From: a virus
Virus record (IMG/VR): IMGVR_UViG_3300028840_006156
Strand: one strand, 5' to 3'
DNA length: 64,000 nucleotides
Shown: piece by piece, positions 33,708 through 43,098 of the stretch
How the letters are laid out: the number at the start of each line of letters is the position of its first letter
How positions within the stretch are numbered: position 1 is the stretch's first letter
Made by a program: the position numbers and the translations under genes
Notes under the pieces: generated by a model
What the model was told of the DNA's origin: nothing
What the model saw: the letters and a program-made list of their open reading frames with translations, nothing else
Databases searched by the model: none

Positions 33708-35338
33708 AGCCGCGCGACTACCAGGCCGACGCGATCCGCGAGTGCTCGCGCGCGCTGAAGAGGCACCGGTCGGCGTTGGTCGCTATTCCGACAGGCGGGG
33801 GCAAAGGCGCCGTGATCGGCATGATCGTCGACATCGCCGCGCGCCAGGGTAGGCGCATCCTCGTGTTCGTTCACCGCCGCGAGATCGTCGACCAGCTCGC
33901 GGACCACATCCGCCGGTGGGCTGGGACCGAGCCCGCGATCGAACAGGCTGAGCGCCAGCAAGCGACCGACGAGAGCCGAGTCGTCGTTGGATCGTTGCAG
34001 TCGTTGTTGCCACGACTCGACCGATTCGAACCGTCACGATTCGACCTCGTGATCTATGACGAATGTCATCACGCCTGCGCTGTCACACCACGTCAGCTAC
34101 TCGCCCACTTCGCACCGGCCAAAGTACTTGGCTTCACCGCGACCCCCAACCGTGGCGACGAGAAGGCCCTCGGCCAGATCTTCGACACCGTCGCCTACGA
34201 CATGACCCTCGCCGACGCGATCAAGCTCGGCTGGCTCGTGCCGATCAAGACGCGCGCGATCGAGTGCCCGAGCCTCGACCTATCGAAGGTCCGCAAGCGC
34301 GGCGGAAAGCTCGTCGACGGGGACCTCGGCGCGGTGATGTCCGAGGTCGCGGTGCTGCGCGAGGCGATCGTCCCGGCTGTCGAGATCGCCGGCGAGCGAC
34401 AGGCGATCGTGTTCTGCGTGACGATCGCCCACATGCACTGCGTCGCCGAGACGATCAACGAGGTCGCGGCGGAGCGGTCGCTCGAGCTGCCGATCGCCAT
34501 GGTCGACGGCAAGACGCCGAAGACCGCGCGGCGCGAGATCATGCAGGGCTTCCGCGATGGCCGGATCCGCTGGCTGCTCAACGTCGGCGTTGCCACCGAG
34601 GGCTTCGACGCGCCGTCGGCTGAGGTCGTCCTGTTCTTGCGGCCGACGCTGTCGCGCGCGCTGTTCTTGCAGATGGGCGGCCGAGCCACTCGACCGCTCC
34701 CCGGCGTCGTCGACGGTCCCGAGACGCCAGAGGATCGCCGAGCTGCGATCGCGGCGTCTGCCAAGCCCTCGTGCCTGTGGCTGGACTTCACCGACAACTC
34801 GAAGAAGCACGACCTCGCGTCGCCGATCGACTTGCTCGGCGGCGACTACAGCCTGCCCGAGCAGAAGGAGGCCGAGCGCCTGCTGGCCACAGGGCAAGCC
34901 GACGACCTCCTCGCGGCGCTCGAGTCCGCCCGCGCAGCCCACGAAGCGAAGCTCGCTGCCGCCCGAGCTCGCGCTGGCGATCCCTTCGCCCTGTTCGGGA
35001 TCGCGTCGAGCAAGGATCGGTGGAGCCGACCGGCGACGAAGAAGCAGACCGCGGCCCTCGGCCCCATGCCTCGGCGGCTCGACTTCCGCGAGGCCAACGC
35101 CGTGCTCGAGGAGATGGCGCGGCGCAAGGTCTCGGGCCTGGCCATGTACGAGCAGCTCGCCCTGCTCGCGCGGCTGCATCACCCGGTCGAGCAGCTGCCG
35201 ACGATGACGCGCGCGGTCGCGGCGAAGCTCGTGGCCGCCGTCGCCATGCGTGGCTGGTTCGCGGACTGCGGCTGGGTCAGGCTCTACGACCTGGCCGGCG
35301 TCGTGCATCCGGGAAGCGTCCTCGCGTCTCGGCGGTAG
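33704..35338 (+). CDS. superfamily 2 DEAD/DEAH-box helicase
   Basis: PTGGGKG, DECHH, GFTATP, VATEGFDAP, QMGGRATR motifs. Confidence 0.95.
   Translation: MKPRDYQADAIRECSRALKRHRSALVAIPTGGGKGAVIGMIVDIAARQGRRILVFVHRREIVDQLADHIRRWAGTEPAIEQAERQQATDESRVVVGSLQSLLPRLDRFEPSRFDLVIYDECHHACAVTPRQLLAHFAPAKVLGFTATPNRGDEKALGQIFDTVAYDMTLADAIKLGWLVPIKTRAIECPSLDLSKVRKRGGKLVDGDLGAVMSEVAVLREAIVPAVEIAGERQAIVFCVTIAHMHCVAETINEVAAERSLELPIAMVDGKTPKTARREIMQGFRDGRIRWLLNVGVATEGFDAPSAEVVLFLRPTLSRALFLQMGGRATRPLPGVVDGPETPEDRRAAIAASAKPSCLWLDFTDNSKKHDLASPIDLLGGDYSLPEQKEAERLLATGQADDLLAALESARAAHEAKLAAARARAGDPFALFGIASSKDRWSRPATKKQTAALGPMPRRLDFREANAVLEEMARRKVSGLAMYEQLALLARLHHPVEQLPTMTRAVAAKLVAAVAMRGWFADCGWVRLYDLAGVVHPGSVLASRR
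35311..35338 (+). promoter_or_regulatory. GGGAAG-N17-GGTAG motif encoded in helicase 3' end (TAG is its stop)
   Basis: 7 nt before ATG 35346. Confidence 0.8.
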
Positions 35339-35345
35339 ACCGAGC

Positions 35346-35996
35346 ATGAAGCACACGATCGGGATCACTGACCTCGTCGAGGTCGAGCTTACGCCATGGG
35401 GTCGATACGCTGTCGGTGCAACGCACGACAGGGCCAGCGCTCGGGCCACGGGTGAAGACCTCCCCGAGAGGATCACGCGGGCGGACGTGACCGTAACCAT
35501 GCCTCTGTGGGAGGCAGTCCGCATGCTTGGACCATTCATCGAATCGAGCCTGAAGTTGCCCATGCGAGCGGTCACGGTCACCGTGGCCGAGTCCGAGCGC
35601 GCGAAGGGCCTCGTCGCTCAGCTGCACGAGGAGCGGGAGTGGCGAGTCGCCCAGGGCAAGCTCGCCGACGAGCGACTGATCCTGATCAAGCAGCTCGCCA
35701 AGGCTGTCGGGCTCGGGTCCACCGAGTACTGCGCGCCCGAGGAGTTGGCGCGGCGCGTGATCGAGTACATCGAGGCTGAGGTCCCGCGCGTGCCCAACGA
35801 CGATGGCCTGTGGTTCTACGGCTCGCGCGTCGTCGAGGTCATCGGTGGACCGCACTCGATGCGGGTCAAGCACCGCAACGGCCGCGAGACTCCGGTCTGC
35901 AAAATGCGCGACGAATGGGGCGGACCTGCGCGCCGCGATCCGCGGGTCGAGGGGCCCATGTGCGCGGGCGTCGAGGACGAGGACATGCCGTTCTGA
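35346..35996 (+). CDS. hypothetical protein
   Basis: Leaderless start after motif. Confidence 0.6.
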   Translation: MKHTIGITDLVEVELTPWGRYAVGATHDRASARATGEDLPERITRADVTVTMPLWEAVRMLGPFIESSLKLPMRAVTVTVAESERAKGLVAQLHEEREWRVAQGKLADERLILIKQLAKAVGLGSTEYCAPEELARRVIEYIEAEVPRVPNDDGLWFYGSRVVEVIGGPHSMRVKHRNGRETPVCKMRDEWGGPARRDPRVEGPMCAGVEDEDMPF

Positions 35997-36589
35997 TGAC
36001 CGCCACAGACCACCACCGCGACCTCGTCGCCCTGGCCATCAACGTGATCGAGTCGTCGACCGCTGATGCGTGGCGCCACCACGGATTCGGACTCCTATCG
36101 CTCTACGTGACACCCGCTCACCGGATCAACATGTGGTCCGAGGATCTACGGCAGATCCAGCCACACGAGGGCGCCTGGCACACGCGCGGGTCGACCATTC
36201 ACTCGACGGTGCTCGCGGGCTCTGTCTGCAACTCGCGGATCGTCCGGTCGCATCGCGGTACGATGCTCGACGCTTGGGTCGTCCACGACGGCGACCTGAT
36301 CCCGAGCGATCGCTACCCTGTCATAGCCAACGTCCGCGAGCCGGCGTCGTTCGGACCGCGGTCTGGCTACCTCACCCAGCGAGGATGCGGACACTGTACC
36401 GAGCCCGGTGTTCGCGGCGCAGTCACCTCGGTCTTGATCATGGGGGTGGGCGAGAAGCCGGCGGAGATCTGGGTGCCGACAGGGACCGAGCCGAAGCGAG
36501 CATTCGACAATAGGTGCAGTGACGAAGTGATCAACCGAGTTCGCGCGAACTCGCTCGTTCTTCTGCGCGAGCAGTCTGATGCGGGCTGA
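35996..36589 (+). CDS. cupin/double-stranded beta-helix-like protein, metal site possibly degenerate
   Basis: HGFGLLSL...HRINMW...HTR...STVLAG resembles phage cupins that normally have HDH. Confidence 0.5.
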   Translation: MTATDHHRDLVALAINVIESSTADAWRHHGFGLLSLYVTPAHRINMWSEDLRQIQPHEGAWHTRGSTIHSTVLAGSVCNSRIVRSHRGTMLDAWVVHDGDLIPSDRYPVIANVREPASFGPRSGYLTQRGCGHCTEPGVRGAVTSVLIMGVGEKPAEIWVPTGTEPKRAFDNRCSDEVINRVRANSLVLLREQSDAG

Positions 36590-36881
36590 CCGGACCCTCT
36601 GCATCGCCGCCGCGTCCGACACGGTCACGGCGGCGCACTTCAAGGGCCGTCACCGCGAGGGCAAGCCGGTCGACCTGTTCGGCCGGCGCTGGACGATCAC
36701 GAAGCTGCGCGAGGTCGAGGGCCTCGTGCTCGTCGAGTTGCAGGCGAGCGAGCGCGAGGGGCCGATCATGTGCTCGAAGTGCGGGTCGTTCGAGTGGGAC
36801 ACGCCCGGTGGCCCGGGGATCTACGAGTGCCAGGGCTGTCCGCACCGGGGCCCCGGGCTCGATGGCGGCGTGCTGTTCTAG
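36579..36881 (+). CDS. zinc-ribbon protein
   Basis: CSKC...CQGC. Confidence 0.6.
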   Translation: MRADRTLCIAAASDTVTAAHFKGRHREGKPVDLFGRRWTITKLREVEGLVLVELQASEREGPIMCSKCGSFEWDTPGGPGIYECQGCPHRGPGLDGGVLF

Positions 36882-36908
36882 GGAAGCGATCGGCGCGGCC
36901 GTAGGTAG
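36881..36908 (+). promoter_or_regulatory. GGGAAG-N17-GGTAG promoter motif
   Basis: 9 nt before ATG 36918. Confidence 0.8.
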
Positions 36909-36917
36909 AGATCGCCG

Positions 36918-37229
36918 ATGACCAAGAAGCCTGACCCCGCAACCGTCGCCTACGACTCGAAGAAGGGCGCCGAGCGCAGCGCTCGGATCGAAGCCCGGAT
37001 CGAGACCCTCGGCACCTACAAGGGATGGGCCGCCAACGCCGAGGCGAGCGCGCTCCGATGGGCGCTCGCGCGGCTCGAGTTCGTCGAGGCGAAGCTCGCG
37101 TCCGAGCCTCGGATCTCGCAGGCGCGCGCGGCCGCGATCATCGAAGCGTGGCTGGTCGACGGTGCCCGCAATCACGACGGTCGGCCAGTCCTCGACGGGC
37201 TCGACCTCGACGGACTGGGGATCGGGTGA
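36918..37229 (+). CDS. hypothetical protein
   Basis: Start after motif. Confidence 0.6.
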   Translation: MTKKPDPATVAYDSKKGAERSARIEARIETLGTYKGWAANAEASALRWALARLEFVEAKLASEPRISQARAAAIIEAWLVDGARNHDGRPVLDGLDLDGLGIG

Positions 37230-37411
37230 TTGGCGCGACCCTCGTCTCGGCAATGGACCAGGCGAGGGCTCGGATCGCTCGGCGGGGATGACCGTCGGTG
37301 GACTAGATCTCCGCCACGCTCCTGGGGTAGAACGAGAAAAGCCAAGGCGGTGAGACGCCAAGGCTCGTGGGGTCAGCCGGCTCCATGGACTTCAAACAAG
37401 GAGGGCCCGAC

Positions 37412-37678
37412 GTGGCCGAAGATACCACGCCCGACGAGGGCGACAAGACCGAAGGCGAGCGTTGCGACGTCTGCCTGCGGATCCGCATCACGAGCGAGGA
37501 ACTCAAGCCCCATGAGGGCAAGACGATCACGGAGATCGAGGCCGTGATCGGAAAACGCTGCTGGTCGCCCGGATCGGGCCCCTGCGTCAGTCTCGGCTGG
37601 GCGCGCGTCCGCAAGCTCGAGAACTTGATCCGCTCCGCGATTGACGACCGATCGAGGCCGGGGCCACACGATGGGTGA
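37412..37678 (+). CDS. Cys-containing hypothetical protein
   Basis: AAGGAGG SD before GTG. Confidence 0.55.
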   Translation: MAEDTTPDEGDKTEGERCDVCLRIRITSEELKPHEGKTITEIEAVIGKRCWSPGSGPCVSLGWARVRKLENLIRSAIDDRSRPGPHDG

Positions 37679-38795
37679 GTGGTCAGCGCCAGTCGATCGC
37701 TGGGTCAGGAGGGCCAAGGGCGTCGACGGCAAGATGCTCGGCGCACCGGCGAGGCTCCTCCTCGACGACCTCTGGTCGAAGGCCGACGCCCCGAGCAAGC
37801 GCGACCCCGAGGCCCATGTCTTCGTCTACGGCGAGTGGATCACCGTCGGTGAGATCGCCCGTGACTTCGAGTGCGCCGATCGCACGATCCGCACGCAGTT
37901 CGCGCAGATATTCAATGCTGGACTCGCCAAGAAGGGTCGCGGGGTCAACAACCACGGCCGCGAGGTCGACGGGATCTGGCTCGCCAACGTGCCCTCGGCC
38001 GGATGGTTTGATCCGCCGACCCGGATCAAATCGTCCGATCAAACCATCCACGATCGCGGATCAAACCATCCGGCTGCCCGGATCAAATCGTCCGGGGACG
38101 CGGATCAAACCATCCACGAAAACGGATCATTTAATCCGCACGATCGGCAAAAAACGTCCGCCAACCCGGATCAAATGATCCGCGCCTATAAGGAAGACCC
38201 AATTAACCCAATTGGACCCGATCAGACCCGATCGCGCGAGGCCGGGCAGGCCGGCCTGTTCGGTGACGAGCCAGTGGTGGAGGAGACTGCACCTGGTGAG
38301 TCCGTCACCCCTGCGAAGATCCGGGCCTGGTGGGACGAGGTCTTCGTGCCGCTGCGCGCCGAGACACTCGACCGATACCGGACGGGATCTGCGCAGCCGA
38401 TCGCATGCTCGAAATCCAGGATGGCGGCGCTGCGCAAGCGCATCGCCGAGACCTGCCCTGGGGTGCCGTGGACAGATCCGACCCCCGGTGTCGACGGCGT
38501 CCGCGAGCAGCTGACCCACGTCGTGCGCAACGCAGCGGCTAGGGTCCACGAGCATCGTGGAGGAGAGACCTCGTGGGGGTGGAACTCGCTCGACGCGATC
38601 CAGCCGAAGCACTGGACGGCCGAGAAGAACTTCACCCGGTACTACGAGGCACCACCTGCCGACGACAGCGACGGGAAGCCTCCGCCCGATGTCGAGGTAA
38701 TCGGCGGCGTGGTCCAATACCCTCGAGCCGACGCGACGAACTACGGCACCGGCACCGCCTACGGCGACCCACGGAGGCGACGCCGCGATGACTGA
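37671..38795 (+). CDS. replication initiator (lambda O-like, N-terminal HTH)
   Basis: wHTH-like GEIARDFECADRTIRTQFAQ; internal iterons; directly upstream of DnaB. Confidence 0.75.
   Translation: MGEWSAPVDRWVRRAKGVDGKMLGAPARLLLDDLWSKADAPSKRDPEAHVFVYGEWITVGEIARDFECADRTIRTQFAQIFNAGLAKKGRGVNNHGREVDGIWLANVPSAGWFDPPTRIKSSDQTIHDRGSNHPAARIKSSGDADQTIHENGSFNPHDRQKTSANPDQMIRAYKEDPINPIGPDQTRSREAGQAGLFGDEPVVEETAPGESVTPAKIRAWWDEVFVPLRAETLDRYRTGSAQPIACSKSRMAALRKRIAETCPGVPWTDPTPGVDGVREQLTHVVRNAAARVHEHRGGETSWGWNSLDAIQPKHWTAEKNFTRYYEAPPADDSDGKPPPDVEVIGGVVQYPRADATNYGTGTAYGDPRRRRRDD
38001..38181. repeat. iteron-like repeats, candidate replication origin
   Basis: About 8 copies of (G)GATCAAA(C/T)..(A/G)TCC, one inverted (38001-14), followed by an AT-rich patch. 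Confidence 0.75.
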
Positions 38796-40299
38796 CCACG
38801 GCCTGCCCCACAACCCGGCGGCCGAGCTCGCCTGCGTCGCGGCGATCTACGCCCGAGGAGTCCCGGGCCTCGACCAGGTCGTCGCCGAGGTCCGAGACGC
38901 CGACGCGTTTCTCAACCCGAGGAACCAGGCGCTCTTCGCAGCGATGCTCGCCTGCGCTGACGCCGGCGAGCCGATCGCCGATGACCAGATCGTGAGCGAG
39001 CTTCGTCGCCTCGGTGACTTCGACCGTCTCGGCGGGGCGTCGGTCTTCGAGTACCTGCGATCCGGGATCACCACGAGGACCACCGACGCTGCGAAGGCCG
39101 TGCGCCGGGACTACATGCGCCGGCAGCTGTTCACCCAGCTGCGCGAGGTGAGCGAACGGCCGCTGCACGACGACGACGTCGCCGCCTCGATCAACGCAGC
39201 TCGACAGGTCCTCGACCGGCTCGAGCAGGACCAGGCCCGCAAGCGGGTTTCGATCCGCGACGCGGTGGCCGAGACGCGTGAGGAGCTCTACGCCGACCCC
39301 AGCGAGTTGACTGGCCACGTCCCGCTCGGCTTCGCGTCGATCGACGAGTACGCCGGAGCCCCCGAGCCCGGCGACCTGGTGATACTCGGCGCCGAGTCAG
39401 GCACCGGCAAGACGGCCGCGCTGCTCAGCTGGATCCGCAACGGCGTCCTGGACTGGCACGAGAACCTCGGCCGCTACCGACCGAGGGCCATGCCGATCCC
39501 GGCGCTCATGTTCAGCGGCGAGATGCTTCTGCCCAAGCTGGTCCGCCGCTGGCTCTCGGACATGGCTGGGATCGACGGACGGGATCTTCGTGGCCGGCTC
39601 GACCCCGAGTGGCTGGAGGCGAAGCGCGGTCGGGTCACGCACCGGGAGATCGTCGACCGCGAGCTCGACATCCTCGCCGCCTGCGCGATCGAACTCGCGG
39701 ACCCGCGGGCGTCGACGTCGATCGACGGGATCGCGGCAGAGGCTCGAGCTTGGCGCACCGCGATGGTCTCGAAGTACGGGGCCAAGTCGCCGGGGCTGAT
39801 CGGCGTCGACTTCCTGCAGCTCGTCGACCCGCCGTCGGGCCTCGCTCGGAACATCCGCAGCGACGAGCGCGAGGAGGCGAAGGCGAAGGCACTCAAGCGC
39901 CTCGCCATGGGCACAGGAACCGTCGTCACCGCGCTCTCGCAGCTGACCGTTCCGAAGGGCGCCGAGGGTGAGCGTCCTCGGGTCTCGTGGATCCGCGGGT
40001 CGAAGGGGATCCGCAACGCGGCGGACCGGATCTACCTGCTCCATCGGCCGTGGATCCACGACCCCAACGTCAGCGACCGCGAGGCCGAGTACCAGCACCT
40101 GCGGGGACTCGCCAATGAGGGCCGGCTCGGCGATCAGGGCAAGCGCTTTCGCGGGCTCGAGCACGCTCGGCACTACGCCGAGGTCGGGATCGCCAAGGGT
40201 CGAGACGGCGCGGCGTTCCGCTGGCTGCCGCTGGACTTCGCGCCCGAGTACACGCGCTTCCTCGACTGGTCGGGAAGCGAACACCAGGCCAACGGGTAG
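38788..40299 (+). CDS. dnaB: DnaB-like replicative helicase
   Basis: PHN..AE, GAESGTGKT Walker A, FSGEM, VDFLQL, ALSQL, IAKGRDG. Confidence 0.92.
   Translation: MTDHGLPHNPAAELACVAAIYARGVPGLDQVVAEVRDADAFLNPRNQALFAAMLACADAGEPIADDQIVSELRRLGDFDRLGGASVFEYLRSGITTRTTDAAKAVRRDYMRRQLFTQLREVSERPLHDDDVAASINAARQVLDRLEQDQARKRVSIRDAVAETREELYADPSELTGHVPLGFASIDEYAGAPEPGDLVILGAESGTGKTAALLSWIRNGVLDWHENLGRYRPRAMPIPALMFSGEMLLPKLVRRWLSDMAGIDGRDLRGRLDPEWLEAKRGRVTHREIVDRELDILAACAIELADPRASTSIDGIAAEARAWRTAMVSKYGAKSPGLIGVDFLQLVDPPSGLARNIRSDEREEAKAKALKRLAMGTGTVVTALSQLTVPKGAEGERPRVSWIRGSKGIRNAADRIYLLHRPWIHDPNVSDREAEYQHLRGLANEGRLGDQGKRFRGLEHARHYAEVGIAKGRDGAAFRWLPLDFAPEYTRFLDWSGSEHQANG
40272..40299 (+). promoter_or_regulatory. 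GGGAAG-N17-GGTAG motif encoded in DnaB 3' end (TAG is its stop)
   Basis: 7 nt before ATG 40307. Confidence 0.8.
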
Positions 40300-40306
40300 G
40301 ACCGAC

Positions 40307-40495
40307 ATGAGCGAGAAAATCAGCACCGTCACGATCGCGCGCCAGGCCGAGGGCATGGCCAAGGCTATGGGCCTTGACCCGACCGAGGCGGCGGTCCGAC
40401 TCACCGCCGAGAACATCCGGCGCGGCGTTTCCGTCGAGTCCACGACCCGGCCGGTCCCCGCGGGAAAGCTTCGCGATCCGGAGTTCGACCAGTGA
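40307..40495 (+). CDS. hypothetical protein
   Basis: Leaderless start after motif. Confidence 0.55.
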   Translation: MSEKISTVTIARQAEGMAKAMGLDPTEAAVRLTAENIRRGVSVESTTRPVPAGKLRDPEFDQ

Positions 40496-40839
40496 CCGAC
40501 CCGCCCGTCTCCGACGCCGACCTCGGGCCGAACCTCGAAGCCGAACTCGCCCGGCTGTCGCCGGCGCAGCGCCAACGCTACGACGCGTGGATCTGCGCGT
40601 ACAAAATCGAGTGGGACCGCGAGTGTCTGCGGCGAGCTGCTCAAGCCGATCGCATCCTGGCGCTCCGGTCGGACCTCGCAGCGTCTAAACAGGATTTTCG
40701 CGACAAACTCCGAGAGGGCGCCGAGGGCTTCGTAGTGCTGGCCCTCGTCGCGATCGGAATCGCCGGGACCGGCGGTGTCTGCATCGGGATCCTACTCGCG
40801 CTTGTCCGCGCAGGCTGGCGCGCAGGGGCAACGTTGTGA
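40492..40839 (+). CDS. membrane-anchored hypothetical protein
   Basis: C-terminal hydrophobic segment. Confidence 0.55.
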   Translation: MTDPPVSDADLGPNLEAELARLSPAQRQRYDAWICAYKIEWDRECLRRAAQADRILALRSDLAASKQDFRDKLREGAEGFVVLALVAIGIAGTGGVCIGILLALVRAGWRAGATL

Positions 40840-41102
40840 GCGTCCACGAGCAGCAGACCCTCGGCCTGCCCGTCGTCCAGCGCGAGGCCCTCGCCGCGAT
40901 CATGCGCGGCGGTCCGCTGACGAAGCGCGAGTCGACGCGGCTCCGCCACCGGACCGGCTACGCGCAGATCACATTCCGCGGCAAGCCGATCGCCAACGCG
41001 GTGATCCGCGAGTTGGCCGCGAGGGCTCGCGCCGCTGAGTTGCCGACGTTCACGCGCCGACCGGCCCCGCTCGCGGCGCTTTCGATCGGGGCAGCACGGT
41101 GA
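40836..41102 (+). CDS. hypothetical protein
   Basis: GTGA coupling. Confidence 0.5.
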   Translation: MSVHEQQTLGLPVVQREALAAIMRGGPLTKRESTRLRHRTGYAQITFRGKPIANAVIRELAARARAAELPTFTRRPAPLAALSIGAAR

Positions 41103-41389
41103 GCGCCTCCGGCACGCCGGCGAAGTGTGAGTGCGGGACCGAGGGCCCGTCACGAGGACCGAAGGCGATCGCCCGCGGATGGACATGCGACCGACGGAGC
41201 GCGGGCGGATCGACGTGGACCTGCTCGGCTTGCTCGACCGCGCGTCGTGCCGAGCGAGCACGGCTGCGCGCCGAGGAGCGGGCGCTCCGCGAACTCGACC
41301 GGCAGTCGGACGACGAGATCCGCGAAGCACTCCCGCCCGAGTTGCGCGCCTCGCTCGGACTCCTGCTCGGGTTTAGGTTGCGCCGATGA
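41099..41389 (+). CDS. zinc-finger hypothetical protein
   Basis: CEC...WTC...CSAC. Confidence 0.5.
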   Translation: MSASGTPAKCECGTEGPSRGPKAIARGWTCDRRSAGGSTWTCSACSTARRAERARLRAEERALRELDRQSDDEIREALPPELRASLGLLLGFRLRR

Positions 41390-41913
41390 CGCGGTGTCGC
41401 CCAGAGACCCGAGCCCGCGCGGTGCTTGCGCTGCTCGATCCATGGCTTGATCGTGTCGATCGCGGGCTCGGGTTCGGCGACGTGGACCTCGCACGCACGA
41501 GGAGCCGCCTGGGTTCGCTCGTGCACCGAGTTCGGGCCGTCGCAGTGCGAGGGGAGCACCCCGATCTGGTCGGGCTCACAATCGATTCTCGTGCGTCGTC
41601 TCGACATGCCGCGATCGACGCGCTCTTGAGCTTCGCGCGAAGCTCGCACGCTCCTGGGATCTCGCCGGCTGAGGTCGAGGCGAAGACATCCGAGCTGACG
41701 TCCGCCGAGGACGCCGCGTTCGAGGACGGATCGCTGTTCGTTCAGCGGCTCCTCGAACAGATTCGACGCGCCCCGGCCCGGGCGGTCGCGGGCCGCTTCG
41801 ACCTCGACGAGCCTGTCGACCTCGGGCCCAACCCCGCCAACGTCGTCAGGATGCCCGGCGTAACCTCCGACCAGGCGCGAGCGATGACCGACCGCGTCAT
41901 GGGGGCCTCGTGA
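41386..41913 (+). CDS. hypothetical protein
   Basis: ATGA coupling. Confidence 0.5.
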   Translation: MTRCRPETRARAVLALLDPWLDRVDRGLGFGDVDLARTRSRLGSLVHRVRAVAVRGEHPDLVGLTIDSRASSRHAAIDALLSFARSSHAPGISPAEVEAKTSELTSAEDAAFEDGSLFVQRLLEQIRRAPARAVAGRFDLDEPVDLGPNPANVVRMPGVTSDQARAMTDRVMGAS

Positions 41914-41970
41914 CCCGCCGACGGCCCCGCTTGCAACGCGAGCGCTGGGGCGCAACCCTACGGGTGCGCG

Positions 41971-42231
41971 ATGCCGATCAGGATCACAGTGCCGGAGGTT
42001 GCAACCGTGCGCGCGGGCTGGCGCCGCTGCGCAAGGCGAAGGGCAAAGGACGTCGCCGAGCTGGCCCGGCAGCTGGGGGTGACTCGCCAGTACCTCAGCC
42101 GGATCCTCAACGGCCAGACGCAGACCATGCCGGCGTGGATCTATATGGCGCTCTGCGCAAAACTCGAGATCGATCCACTCAAACACCTGACCACCAAGGA
42201 GCCACCATGGCTGCAACGATCACCCAACTGA
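41971..42231 (+). CDS. XRE/Cro-like HTH transcriptional regulator
   Basis: VAELARQLGVTRQYLSRILNG. Confidence 0.8.
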   Translation: MPIRITVPEVATVRAGWRRCARRRAKDVAELARQLGVTRQYLSRILNGQTQTMPAWIYMALCAKLEIDPLKHLTTKEPPWLQRSPN

Positions 42232-42875
42232 ACCCCAACAAGATGACCGCCTCCGAACAAACCCAGACCTACGCCCGCTGCTATGTCGTGCTCTACACGA
42301 TCGAGGACATGCGGGAGAAGCTCGTCGCCGAACGCGGCCGGCGACTCAACGACTTCAAGGAGCGGCTGTCCGCCGCGACCAAGGCGTACCGCGAGCCCCT
42401 GCGCGACGAGGACAACCGGACGGCCTCGCAGAAGGTGCGCGCTCAGCTGTTCCTCGACTGCATGGATGGCGTCGCTGAGCGCGACGCCATCAACAGCGAG
42501 AAGAAAGAGGAACTCGGCGAGATCGACGGCAAGATCAAGAAGCTCGACGAGGTCAAGGCCGAGGCCCGGGCCGCGCGCAAGGGCGACGGGAACCAGACCA
42601 AGATGTTCGACGACGAGGCCGAAGGCGCGATCCCCCACATGTCGTGGGCGACGCCAGGGTCGCGGACGGTCCTCTACTCCGCGCTGCTGACGATCGAGAA
42701 GCTCGGCGACGCGCTGGACCCGAGCCAGGCCGACCTGCTCGCAGACCTGGCCTCGGCGCAGACGGGGGAGATGGACTTCGGCCTCGAGCCCTCCGAGGCG
42801 ATCGAGCAGGACGTCGACGACGAGATCGATGAAGACGAAGACGACGAGGCCGAGGAGACCGACCCCGAGTTCTAG
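42207..42875 (+). CDS. acidic coiled-coil protein
   Basis: AAGGAG SD; followed by terminator. Confidence 0.65.
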   Translation: MAATITQLNPNKMTASEQTQTYARCYVVLYTIEDMREKLVAERGRRLNDFKERLSAATKAYREPLRDEDNRTASQKVRAQLFLDCMDGVAERDAINSEKKEELGEIDGKIKKLDEVKAEARAARKGDGNQTKMFDDEAEGAIPHMSWATPGSRTVLYSALLTIEKLGDALDPSQADLLADLASAQTGEMDFGLEPSEAIEQDVDDEIDEDEDDEAEETDPEF

Positions 42876-42895
42876 CGATCGGTGTGCTGCTCGCG

Positions 42896-42927
42896 GGCGT
42901 GGCGGCTTCGGTCGTCGCGCCTTTTTT
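42896..42927 (+). terminator. intrinsic terminator
   Basis: GGCGTGGCGGC-TTCG-GTCGTCGCGCC then TTTTTT. Confidence 0.8.
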
Positions 42928-42928
42928 C

Positions 42929-42956
42929 GGGAAGCGGACACCGGGGTCGCGGGTAG
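42929..42956 (+). promoter_or_regulatory. GGGAAG-N17-GGTAG promoter motif
   Basis: Directly after terminator; 7 nt before ATG 42964. Confidence 0.8.
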
Positions 42957-42963
42957 TTCGATC

Positions 42964-43098
42964 ATGGACATCGACCTCGACGGGCTCTTTCTCGCACTAC
43001 TGGCCATGGTGACCCTGATCGTGATGGTCGTGGTCGCAGGGACCGTCGCACATGGCCTCGGCTATCTGCCCGCTGATGGGTCACACCGTGGTGACTGA
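42964..43098 (+). CDS. single-TM peptide (44 aa)
   Basis: GLFLALLAMVTLIVMVVVAGTV. Confidence 0.55.
   Translation: MDIDLDGLFLALLAMVTLIVMVVVAGTVAHGLGYLPADGSHRGD

Noticed and set aside
38001-38181. Short repeats as a CRISPR array
   Set aside because: Units are about 14 bp, irregularly spaced, inside an intact ORF and have no unique spacers; they fit iterons
41931-42006. TTGCAAC and GGTTGCAACC near the XRE gene as operators
   Set aside because: Only one full palindrome, lying inside the predicted ORF; not enough copies
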